This document shows positions 41,240-53,379 of a stretch of 64,000 bases of DNA, in pieces; within the stretch, counting starts at the first letter, position 1, and the number at the start of each line of letters is the position of its first letter. Source of the stretch: Paragordius varius (Eukaryota > Animalia > Nematomorpha). The position numbers and the translations under genes were made by a program. The notes below the pieces were generated by a model, which was not told where the DNA came from, searched no databases, and saw only the letters and a list, made by a program, of their open reading frames with translations. The stretch is taken from positions 5,022,001 through 5,086,000 of the forward strand of contig OZ176055.1 in assembly GCA_964247055.1 (NCBI GenBank), written 5' to 3'.

Positions 41240-41465
41240 AATCTCCGCCTTCGTATAGACGCATGGAACTTACGAGGCGCTCATAACATAATAAATTAGA
41301 TTTAATTGTAAACAAAATGACCAAGCATAAAATTGACATACTCGGAATTTCTGAATCACATATTCCTTCCGAAACTTTAGAATTTGGCAATTATATAATA
41401 TATTATTCTGGCCATAACTCTTTAAAATACAACGGTGTCGGTATAGTAATGAATAAAAAGCTTGC
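41240..41465 (+). pseudogene. LINE APE endonuclease fragment
   Basis: KHKIDILGISESH...IYYSG...NGVGIVMNKK. Confidence 0.7.
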
Positions 41466-41679
41466 TAATTTAATACACTTGCTGGCTTAAGTAAACTTGC
41501 TCACTTGCTACGCTTGTACAAGTCAAATGCGACATTTTTATCACCTCACTCTTTGTGAAACAAAAATCATAAAATAAGTTCTATCGATATAATATGGCCA
41601 ATTTTAAATAGCTACAAAAACCGTAAATGGTTAAAGACATTTTTCTTTAAATTTTTAGAACTTTTTATATCCATTTCGT

Positions 41680-43460
41680 CTATCAACACCGATTCAAATT
41701 GGTGTATCTCAATAGCCCACAATATTTAAGTTCATATTTATAAAAAAACTAATGAAAGAAACGATTACAATTTAAATTTATGCTTCTAACCTAATTAAAA
41801 TTATACAAATAAGCCAAATTATCTAAATAAAATTTAGTTTTCGAAAAAAGGCACGTATCAAACTAGACGCCATTTTTACTTTACAATAATTTTAAAAAAA
41901 TATCGTATTTATTTGATTTTAAGCCTAAAGTTTATTTTTTATTAACACTTCGATTCAAATTGGGGTATCTATATACCCCAGACTAAATTTATGTTAGGAT
42001 TTTAAAAAAACTACCGAAGGAAACGGTACCAATTTAAAATATTATTTCTATCCTAATAAAAATTACAAAAATATGCCAAAATCTGTAAATAAAATTTGGC
42101 TTTGAAAAAAACCATATCAAACTATTTCGACACCATTTTTACTTTCAACATTTTTGTAAAATATCGTGTTTATTTGATTTAAAGCTAAAATTAGAGCTAA
42201 TTTTTCATTAAAATCATATCTTACATTGATAGAAACAGAAAAAGTATTTCATTTTGCATTGCAATTTAGTTGATGCACACATGTCATATTGACTAAATTT
42301 TTACCTTGAGTGTACAAAATAAATAACATCTAGTATTTTTGAATGAAATTTCGGTTTAATATTGTTATATAAGTGAATTTTGCCATGTTTTCGATTCCTT
42401 CTTGTTTAAAGAATTTAATTTTAAACAAGCCTGGGTTTACTACCCAAATTTGAATCGACTGACTGAAATAAATGTGTTGTATCCAAGTGTTAAAATCAAT
42501 TTAACATTGATATAAACAGAAAAAAGGGTTTTCGCATTATTTTTAGATTTAGCTTATGCACACATGTAATTTTGGCTAAATGTTTATCTATGAGTTTTAC
42601 CTCTGAATAAGTAATAACAAGTATTTTTGACTGGATATTTTTTATATTTAAGTTCCTTAATGTTATATAGGTGCAAACTTTTGCTATGGTTTTAATTTTA
42701 AATATTTTGAAATATTTAAATTTAAAGAAACCGGGTATTCGACTACCCCATTTGAATCGAAGGATTGAAATTAAAGTGCTATATCCAAGGGTTAATTTCA
42801 AAATTTTTATCATAATAATTACTTCACAGCGATGCGTGATAGGGCCAACTAATATTATATAATTAAGTGAAAATAGTTATACGGGATACATAAAAAAATA
42901 TTTTAATACATATGATTTAATATTTGGACACAACACATTCATTTGAGTCCTCGATTCAAATTGGGATAGTTATACCCCAGGCTTTATTATAAATATTTCA
43001 AAAATATGAAATAAATTGACACAATGGCATAATTAAACTTATATAACATTAATGACCCGAAATATGAAAAAAATTTAAACTTTATTAATGGAGAGGTGAA
43101 ATTTAAAAATAAAAATTTAGAAATGACATCTGTTCATATAAATATTAATATAATGAAAAATATACCACTTTTTTGTTTAATCAATGTTAAATGTGATTTT
43201 AAAAATATAATCTGAATTTTAGGCTTAGAATCAAATAAACACGATATTATGGATAAAAGATGTAAAAATGGAGTCCAAGTAGTTTAGTAAGGAATTTTTT
43301 AATACCTAAATTTTATTTAGATATTTTGGCTAATTTATATAATTTTTATTAGGTCATAAATTCAAAATAAAACCTTGTTTATAGTAGTTTTTAAAATATC
43401 AACTTAAATATTGTCTGGTGTATTTAGATCCCCCAATTTGAATCGAAGTGTTAATATATA
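41680..43460. repeat. Cluster of an unclassified repeat family (CGATTCAAATTGGGGTATC motif) in direct and inverted orientation
   Basis: The motif recurs near 41693, 41951 and 42953, and inverted near 42740 and 43430. Related sequence lies at about 13700-13950 and 14915. Confidence 0.55.
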
Positions 43461-43467
43461 ACACTGT

Positions 43468-44520
43468 GTCCACAAAAAAACCTGTTTAAATATATTTATT
43501 TTGATTGTAATTTGTAATAAAACTTTTTTAAAGGCTAAATCCTTGCGCCCAAATATATCACTATTATAAACTACCCATAAACAAAACAATTTTTTAAAAA
43601 TATTTTAATTTTTAGTTGTCGGTTAAGTATCAATTTTTTTTGTTCGTCAAAAAAGCGTGAGTTTTTTTAAAGTAAACACAAAAATGCCAGGATTGCGCAA
43701 AAATTTGAAATATATGCTAGATTTAGAAATCAAAAATAAACATTTCAAAAAATGCATGCTTTTACAAAAAAATTTTGGCAAAATTTTGTCAAAGCTTACT
43801 TTATCCTATATTTAAGCATGATGGAAACGATATAAAAACAATTGAAATATTATAAAAGCTCTTTTTCTTTATAATAAGTTGATGCACGTTTTTATAATAT
43901 CATAATTTTGATTAAAACATTCGTTCCTTTTCAAAATTTCAAATATATATTGTGTTTTATATAAAACTTCACCAAAATTTAAAAGTAAACGAACCTTTAA
44001 ATTATTTGGAAGCGATAGAATCGTCACTAACTTCTATATAAATGCGTTTTTAGCCCTTTTCATAAAAGCTTAATATAGGTACGCTTCAACAAAATTTTAA
44101 AAACTAAATATTTGAAGAAGGCATTTTTTTAAAATTATATTTTTATGTCAAAATTTAGCATAATTTTAAAATCTTATCGCGCAAATTTGATTATGCTTTT
44201 ATTTTAAATTAACTAGCTAAATTTAAAAAAGCAAAAAATTGGGACTTTCGGAACATCTAAAAAAATATTTTTAAAATATTGTTTGCTATTTCTAGCTATT
44301 TTATAATATATTTTAGTAATTGTTTTAGAATGAAGCATTTTCGCACCAAATAAATTCTAAGAAAAATTGTCCCAAATTTTGCCATTATCTGATATCAAGA
44401 ACACACCACAAAAGTATTAATAACTTTCCTATATCCCTTAAAAGAACCAAAACCAAAAGCATGATAATCTTCATTTTTCCTATTCAAGGTTATTTTTTTA
44501 CCCCAATTTTGGATGCAGTG
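43468..44520. mobile_element. Family E element ending about 110 bp upstream of the PP1 start codon
   Basis: Ends are ACACTGTGTCCACAAAAA and TTTTGGATGCAGTGT; the internal sequence is shared with other family E copies. Confidence 0.55.
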
Positions 44521-44630
44521 TTATATCAAATGATATTTGATATTACAAATCATAATTGGACTGAAATAAAAGTTAAATAGATCTGATTTTTTGAACGAAT
44601 GACATTTTTTGCTTGAGAAGTCACTATTTT

Positions 44631-47068
44631 ATGGATCTAGATGATCTTATAACTAAATTATTAGACAGTATTATAAATTTAATGGTAGAAACCTACCGAA
44701 ATAAATTGGTCAACTTAGATGAAAATCATATAATAAATTTATGCTTGCGTTCAAGAGATATATTTTTGAATCAATCTATTTTATTAGAATTAGAAGCTCC
44801 TTTAAAGATATGTGGTGAATAATTTATTTATTTAGGCGATGTACATGGACAGTTTTCTGATTTATTACGTCTTTTTGATACAGGAGGTTATCCACCCGAA
44901 TCTAATTATTTGTTTTTGGGTGACTATGTTGATAGGGGAAAACAGTCTTTGGAAACAATATGTCTTTTGTTGGCTTACAAAATCAAATATCCAGAAAATT
45001 TTTTCCTTCTACGAGGAAACCATGAATGTGCAAGCATTAATAGAATCTATGGATTTTATGACGAATGTATGTTTAAATTAATTTTAGGTAAACGTCGGTA
45101 TAGCATTAAACTATGGAAAACATTTACTGATTGTTTTAACTCTTTGCCCATAGCCGCTATCATTGATGAAAAAATTTTTTGTTGTCATGGAGGTTTATCA
45201 CCAGATCTTCAGTGTTTTGAACAAATTAAACGAATCATGAGGCCCACAGATGTGCCGGATACTGGTATAATGTGTTATAGTATAAGGTTTATTATGTGAT
45301 TTGATGTGGTCTGATCCGGACAAAGATATTATTGGCTGGGGTGAAAACGATCGAGGAGTATCATTTACATTTGGATGTGATATTGTTTCAAAATTTTTAA
45401 ATAAACATGATTTGGATTTGATTTGTAGGGCTCATCAAGTATATTAATTAAAAGAACAAAGATTATTATGATTTAGTTATTTTTATTAATTATATTATGA
45501 TTTAATTTAGTATAAATACTAATTTATGATTATTTGCGTATTTTGAAGTTTTATGGGCATTTACCATTGATTTTTTATATCTTACCATGTTAGTTCAAAT
45601 CTATTCCGCTTCAATAAAATTTAACTAAAAGGTTTTTATTATTACAGAATCTATGTATTATACGATAATATTAAAAATATATATAACATAATTCAATACA
45701 AATCCTTATATCACATAAAAATTACTCAGGTTTTCCTAAACGATTTATAAATCAGTTTTGACCTTAGCATCTATCAAAATGGTTTCAAAATAACGTATAT
45801 ATAGAAAAACTTATTAATGTTAGTTATTATTTAAATTATTGCATTTTTAAGGATATTTTGGGTTTGATGCTACACAAATTCTTTTTTTTGCATAAAAATC
45901 TTTATTCTTTATATTAAACTACTATTTGTAAAAAACATGGGACACCACAAATTATTGATCATTCATCACGCTGTTTTAAGTAAGTATTTTAAGCATCCAT
46001 GAAACAACTGCCTAAATAGCGTTTATTAACATTTTTTGTTTAAGATATATTGGTAAGCGTTAAGATAAAACTTTTACAACACCCGAACAAAAAAGTTTAT
46101 TATAACGATAAACAGATTAACGTAAACCGCTAATTGTCTAACGTAAACACAGTTAATACTCTTTTATATTTTACCTATGTATTAATTTTGAAATAGGTAT
46201 TATTGATTGTTACTATAGTTCATTGTCGAAGTCTGTCATAGCACATTCGGCGTCTACTCTAACAGGTCTGTCAATTTTTCTTAATTGGTGCGACATCTTC
46301 TCTTTTCCTTGGACGATCTTTTTTTATTTCTTGGTTCCTAAATACATATCCATACTTTTTACGATAACATGACCAAAGAAGATTATTTTATACTATTTTT
46401 AGTGATTCTCGCATAATTTTTATACAAAAAAATTTCGAAGTTAAATTTTTGCGTGTGTTCACACTTGAATTAAGTTATAAAATTATTTCATTTATAAATG
46501 CGCACAGCGTATTAGAGCTCTTTTTTGAAGCCCCTAAGTCGAGCGTAGGTTGATGATAAAAACGATTTTTTAAAGACACAAATCCAGGCAATTTTTTGAA
46601 ATTATTCAATGATGGTTTACATTTAATTACAAATATTAAAAGAAAATGTTTGTTTTTAGTTATATGGGTTTGCTTTAAAATTATCGCAAAGAATACAATC
46701 GTGTATCAGCAAAACATAGAAAAGTCAATAATAAAAGTCCTTGCATTTTTTAAAAGCCGTTTTTTTTAGTTAAAAATTAATAAAACTTTATTTGTAGTTA
46801 TTTTAATTTTTTGGCAAGTTTTCTTAAGATATTTTGTCATATAAATTGATTTTCAATGTATTTTTATATAAATGCCTGTTTGTATTAATAAGTTTTAATA
46901 AATTATATATGGTAATATTAGGTTGTTGAGGATGGTTATGAATTTTTTGCCAAACGACAATTAGTTACCTTATTTAGTGCTCCCAATTATTGCGGAGAAT
47001 TTGATAACGCTGGTGCAATGATGACAATAGACGAATCGTTATTGTGCTCTTTTCAAGTTATTCTTTAG
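44631..47068 (+). CDS. PPP1C: Serine/threonine protein phosphatase PP1 catalytic subunit, spliced gene. Exons: 44631-44667, 44689-44814, 44836-45066, 45088-45264, 45287-45438, 46922-47068. 289 aa if the last exon reads through to TAG at 47066-47068.
   Basis: The spliced product has the PPP motifs GDVHG, GDYVDRG and RGNHE, plus PP1-typical [116 protein letters not shown]. Introns are 21, 21, 21, 22 and 1483 nt, all GT-AG. Confidence 0.96.
46200..46440 (-). pseudogene. LINE 3' fragment inside PP1 intron 5
   Basis: Minus-strand FFGHVI...DRPRKR resembles the LINE ORF2 C-terminus. Confidence 0.5.
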
Positions 47069-47649
47069 ACTTAATTTTTTGCAATATAAACCTAATATTA
47101 ATTTACATTTTTATTTCCTAATTGATTATTCATTAAAATGTTTTCTATTATCAGAATTATGGTATTTTTATTTAAATGTGAGCCAAGGAAATTAACCTTT
47201 AGGTATTTTGACATTAAATTGTTTTAACAGCAGTTTTAATCATTTCAATATTAAAATTAGCATTTTTTATTTAACTACATATAAAATCACATTGCATTTT
47301 ATAATCATTTTTCTTTCTATCTCAACACTTTTTCAACCAAATAAACTCAATCATTTCCAATCGCTTAACACTTTAATTCGAAATTAACATTTACTTTGAA
47401 TTAAAACTTTATTCAAAATAATAGGCATGAAGTCTTCCAAGTTTTAATTTTAATCTTTTTAAATTTTCCTATTTTTTCAAAATTGGTTTTATGTATTTAA
47501 TAAGTAACAAATTAGAACTTAATTGAGAGTAAGCGACAATATCACACGTGATCCAAAAAAGAGTTCCATATTCATTAATTATATTGGATATAAAAAGATT
47601 GTTATTGGTATAGACATGTGATCAAATATATATAAAAATGTTTAACCTA

Positions 47650-48060
47650 ATCATCATTCTTGATCAGGGTTAATAATGAGTGTTTGTCATATATTATTTT
47701 ACATGTTTTGTGGTTGTTGGCGTCTTTAATATCAATTTTTCGTTCCTCTAGATCGTCTGTGACTTTTTTCTGCCAGATTTTGAAAGGGCAGCCTGACAGA
47801 GCTTTTGAATCTAATCTATATTGTTACATCTTTTTCAAATTATATCTCTCCGTTCAATTAGCCCCAAGCAGCTTAGTTTTTGGTTTGGATTATATGAATA
47901 TTGGATCTTAAAGATTATGTAGGCGTCAAAATTATTAAAATTGTGTTTGATTCGGTTTAAAGCAAAATATTGTTTTAAGGATTCTAGTTTCCGTTCATAA
48001 TTATTTTTTTCAGTTGCGACCAGGTTTCTTCGCCATGCGTAAGGGCTTGCCATTTCGTTG
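47650..48060 (-). pseudogene. LINE 3' fragment
   Basis: Minus-strand GCPFKIWQKKVTDDLEERKIDIKDANN resembles the GRP..W..DL motif. Confidence 0.45.
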
Positions 48061-48846
48061 TAGTGTCTATCTTCGCTTTAGTATTAATGTTTATTAATTT
48101 TTGTATATAATGTGCTTTATTGAATGAATTTTTTTAACTTAGCTGGAGCGATGTTCTATTCCATTATTTATACCTCCTTGACCGGCATTAACACTGATGT
48201 ATATAACTGTTTTATTTGTGAGCGTTGCGAATAGATGGTTTTATATTTTAAACAGGTTTTTAAACTCAATACACCAGGGGTACCCGGACGACCGCGGTCG
48301 GATTCGTGACCCCGAGATTTCAAAACGTGACCGCTTCAAAATGTTACACAATTAAAAAATATTTATGCATAGAATTTTTTCTACATTATAATTTGATTTT
48401 TTTAATTTATTTTTATTTTGTGTTTGAAAATTGCTTGGAATATTTATTTATTGAGTTAATATATTATTTTATTAATATATTTATTTACTCATTCATTTGT
48501 CATTTCCTAAAAATAGTTTAAATTTAGCAAAAAAACAGCAGCAGGTATTCTTTAAACAAACAGTTTCGCGGCCCGCAATCGAAAGAATCTGGCATTCGTT
48601 ATTCGGCATTTATAAATAATTTATTGATTTCAAACTAAGACTGTTAAATGCGACCACAATAGAGCTATTTTTCTAGTTCCTGCCAATTGTTAATTTAGAA
48701 AAAATGTTTTGGTTGATTTAAATAAGATTTTGTAAGCATATTTGCAAAATATGGATTTTCAAATTTTTCGCGGGCCGCACATTACGGAGGGCCATGTTGA
48801 ACACCCCTGTTTAAACTTATATTATAATATGATTAATAACATCAGG

Positions 48847-49826
48847 CAACAATTTTGACTTTTTTTAACTGCCATTCTTGTAAATTTAAAATTTATTTCA
48901 TTACATAATTAGTATATCTGAAAAGAAAATTGGTCTAACACGAAAAATTTTTTTATATTAGAGTCTATCAAAAATTTTTGGCCCCGATTTAACATTAAAC
49001 TCGAAATTTTGAATTAAAAGTTTTAAATATGAGGCCATGTATTTTGTATCATTCGAAAGAGCGCAAAAAACTGTATCTTTTAAATGGTAGTAAGTCATTT
49101 AAATCAATCGGATGTAAAAGTTATTTGGGTTTCAATGGTCGAAATTTTTAATCTTTGAATAAGTCAATTCACAGACAAACTAATTTGAAAATCATATAAA
49201 TTATTTTAATTATTATTAGGGTTACATTAGTATTTAATATAAAAAAATGTTTGAAAAAGCTTTTTGCTTTTTTAATTATTATTATCATAAATATTTTACC
49301 TAGTGGATACTAAAATGCATAGTTATAACTGTAAATTTATTATATAATGGCTATAAAAGATCAAAAATACCTTAAACTTTGTTTTTATCTTTAAATTTTG
49401 AAATTATCAGCCTCGTAAAAAAATAAATTAATATTGATGAGATGGTAATTTTTAACAAAAAACTTAAAAATGGCTGTTTTAAGTGACATAAAAGCAATAA
49501 AAAAATGTTTTAATCAAAATAACTTTCTTGTGTTATCTTTTTTGGACATTCATCACCATCTAGACAAAGTTTGAGCTTTTCATCCATTAGTTTTAAAAAT
49601 ATATTAATTAATAAAATGCTCTCGCTTCGCGCGTTTGCCGATTTGTCCAACATTAACCGTCGATTTAATACATATTAGTATGCATTTTATAGAGTTTTTA
49701 TTGCTCTTTCGAATGATATATTACAAATGGGCATTACTTGTATATTTTGAAAGAAAACCATTATTTAGTAAAATTTTGATAAAGAGGGCGCATAATCAAA
49801 AATATTAAATTATACAAAATTCTTAC
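48847..49826 (+). mobile_element. Family A MITE, ends truncated
   Basis: Collinear with 23437-24531; termini missing. Confidence 0.8.
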
Positions 49827-50149
49827 GTGGAGTATCTTTCTGCTAAACTAAAATTCTTTCCTCGGCGTTAATTAACGACTTCTGTGTTTTTGTCGTTGCC
49901 ATCGACCCACTTCATAATTAATAATATATCCAACAAAATCCGCTTTTTTGCTGTTTTAATATATCACCAATAAACGGGTTGTAAAAATGTTATAATATAC
50001 AATCTTTCGCATTTCATTTATAATTTTATTATCTTTTGAGATAATTTAGTTTTATGCATTAGCATTTAATAAAAAATTATTTAAAACATACTTCACGCTT
50101 TTGTATATAATTTGAGTGAATTGTGTAGATAAAAATCTGGACTCCGGCT

Positions 50150-51000
50150 TCGGAATTTTCTTCCTAGGAAGTTATTCCCGCCACAACTTTCCATCTTTAA
50201 ATTGTTCTATGTTAATGCTACGTTGATTAAAGAAATATATGAACATTATACGAAAAGAGTGGGTGCTTTTTTCTTCTTTTGCCAGCAACATTAATGTTAA
50301 TAAATTTAAAAAGATGGCTTGTGTTTTTCCTAAGAGTATGCTCGCACAGGCGCAATCTATTATGAATGATGTAATCAATATTTTTTATGAAAATTGGTAT
50401 TTCTAATGTACCGAAGCAGCTGTTAAGTATTCTTTTTTCACTAAATTTTTGTTTAATGCCCAAGTTTTAGAACCATAGGTAATAGCTGCTCTACTGCTAA
50501 CATGTTTGTTTTGGGACGTACTTTAATTGATTATTTTTATCCGGCCTTGTTACTCTCATTTTATAGCCTTTTGCAGGTTGCCCTAAGATGATATAATCAT
50601 ATATGTAAACAAAAGAGTCTTTATTTTGATATTATCATAAATGTTAATTTAATTTTTGTGAATTTGAATTAGTATTGCTGGTCATCATCATCATCAGGTC
50701 GTTGTTTCTACAACAGTTGCTAGCTCCAAATTTTTAAGCGAATAACTTGCGATCGAGACAGTCGTCTTTGGTCAAATGAGTTATGTTTAGGTCGTGGCTG
50801 ATGGTTTTTTCCCAATCATGACATGTGCCTCGTCTTAAATTGCCATTCGAATGAAAGGATCTTATTTTGTTAATCCAGCCATTTGAGCGTTCAATATGGC
50901 CCCAGTATCTGAGATGATTTGCTCTGATAAAAGAGGATATAGGTGGGATTTGGAACATACTATATATGCTTTTATTATTGTTATTTGTTTGGTTCAAAAA
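50150..51000 (-). pseudogene. LINE ORF2 3' fragments with (GAT)n tail
   Basis: ITYGSKTWAL near 50470, HLRYWGHIER...RRG near 50900, and CATCATCATCATC at about 50686-50698. Confidence 0.7.
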
Positions 51001-52129
51001 ATAAGTTATATAAATTATTGTAATTTACTCGTAAACTCAACCATACCATAGTTAGTTTTCTAAAATTAAATTACCTTCGACTATTTTCTCGATTCAGCGC
51101 CAAATTGGCATAAAATTATCCTAAAAAGCTTTTTATAAATTGAATAATAGCATTTTAATTTTTTTTCTGGTATTTTAATTTAATTTGTCAAAAAATGCGA
51201 TCGGTTTCATTTAAAACCATTTATTTTAAATTTTATTATATAAATTAGTTACTTTATAAAAACATTGACAATTTCGCATATATTATGCAATGAAAGTACA
51301 TAAAAAATATATGTATAACTCCTTAAATGCATATCCATTAATTCAGTTAAATTCTATATTTACTGTAATTATATTATTCATATTTCTCTACAATAATTAA
51401 TTTTCAGTTTGATAAAATGAAATTTTATCATTCATTGGAATGATTGCATTTCAACCAATTATTTTGCATTTTGTCATATTAAGAGGTTGAGTTTGTTTTA
51501 GAATCTATTATAATAAAATGATAGTTTAAAATTTGAAAAAATACAGTGTCAAACGGCAAATTGGTATTCGCTATAACTTTTAAAAAAATTTACTTTATAT
51601 TTGTTAAATATTCATAAAAAAGTTAAAATATACGAAATACCTTTAATATTTTGTTTTAAAAAAATAAAAACAAATACGTTTTTTTAATATTTATTAAAAT
51701 AACTGGTGTATATATATATATGCATAGCGATTTTAAAGAACCTTGAATACACAATTAAATATGCGGCCATGGAAGCTATTTTTTAAATATAAAAATAAAT
51801 TTTTATATCGGATATTTACTTAGCTTTGAAATTTATTAAAAATAAGTGCTTTTAATGATCTCAATAAGTTGTGGGGATTACTGAAGCTATTTTAAGCATA
51901 TTACAATTTTATTCTTAATATTATTACGATAAAAATAGTATGGCTAAAAAATTAAGCTGTTTGCGCATTTTGGTTTATTGCGTTAAATTTGACAATTTTT
52001 TTGTATAGTTAATTGTTATAATTAATTTAGAAATAAATCTTTGATCACTCAAAAATGTTAAATGTTTATTATCTCTTTTTGTTCTCGTCTAGAATTATTT
52101 ACACTGTGCGGATAAAATGGGGATCAAAA

Positions 52130-52907
52130 AATAAAGATCACTCAATAACTAAAGGTCTTAGAATAATGAATATTGAAATGATATATGTGGTTAAAATACC
52201 AATTTGAAAATCACATAAATATAATTTTTAGAGTTAAATTAGTAAAAAAAATTTAAAAATTTTTTTAAAAAAGCTTTTGGTTTGCTTTTTTAGTAAAAAT
52301 TAATTATTATAAAATTTATTTTACCTACTATGCATAGTTATAACTAAATTTATTGAATAATTGTTAAAATAATGAAAAATACCTTAAACGTTGTTCTTAG
52401 TCTTAGAAATTCGAGATTATAAGCCTTCTAAAGAAATTAACATTGATGAGTTGGTAATTACAAAAAACTTTAAAATAGCTGTTTTGAATGACATAAAAGC
52501 AATAAATAAGTGCAACAAAAAAACTCTCTTGTGTTATCTTTTTTGGACATTTAGCTATTTTCATCTATTGATTTTAGAAATATATTAATATGAAAAACGA
52601 TCTCGCTTCGCGCGTTTGTCGCTTCCTATTCCAATATTAATTATTGTAAATCATATTAGTATGCATTTTATAGAGTTTTTATTATTCTTTCGAATGATAT
52701 ATTATAAATGGGCATAATGGGCATTTGTAGTATATTTTCAAAGAAAAACATTTTTTAATAAAATTTTGATAAAGGCATAATTAAAAATAAACAAATTATA
52801 CAAAAATTCTTAGCTGGAATTATAATTTTTATTTCAGATTTACTGTTAAAATAATAGTAAATATCAGAAAATGCAAACTCGAGTGCAGAAAAATTTATTG
52901 TCTAATG
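52130..52907 (+). mobile_element. Family A MITE, 5'-truncated and diverged
   Basis: Collinear with the family A body; right end AAATTTATTGTCTAATG. Confidence 0.7.
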
Positions 52908-53379
52908 TAATCATAAATTATTATATATAGAGATTATCCAAAATATCGCCTTCAAAAAAGAATTTAGCCTCAATGAAAAAGTCAATTCTTCTATATTTTG
53001 CACCAAGGCAGAAACTGCGTATAATTTTTACAAAACATCTAATATATATTTTAACTTTTTCCATACAATTCGATTGATAAAAAGGATCTTTAATCTTATT
53101 TTTATTTTAGAAAATCTTTTACCCGAAAATCTTAATTATATCGCCATTTTTGCAATTAATACTGCCTTTAGGGCATACAATTTCCCCAAATCAAAATACT
53201 GAGTCGATAGATCTATTTTTCTGCATCGAATTGTATGAAAAAGATATTTATAATAATTGAATGTTTTGTACATATTGTACGCAGCTTCTGCGGTACAAAA
53301 TATTGAAAAAAATTCTTTTTATAAAAGGCTTAAATTTTATTTGAAGGCGATCTATTGAGTAAACTCTATGTATAGATAG

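Noticed and set aside
44839-45081. 80-aa ORF overlapping PP1
   Set aside because: An out-of-frame shadow of PP1 exon 3.
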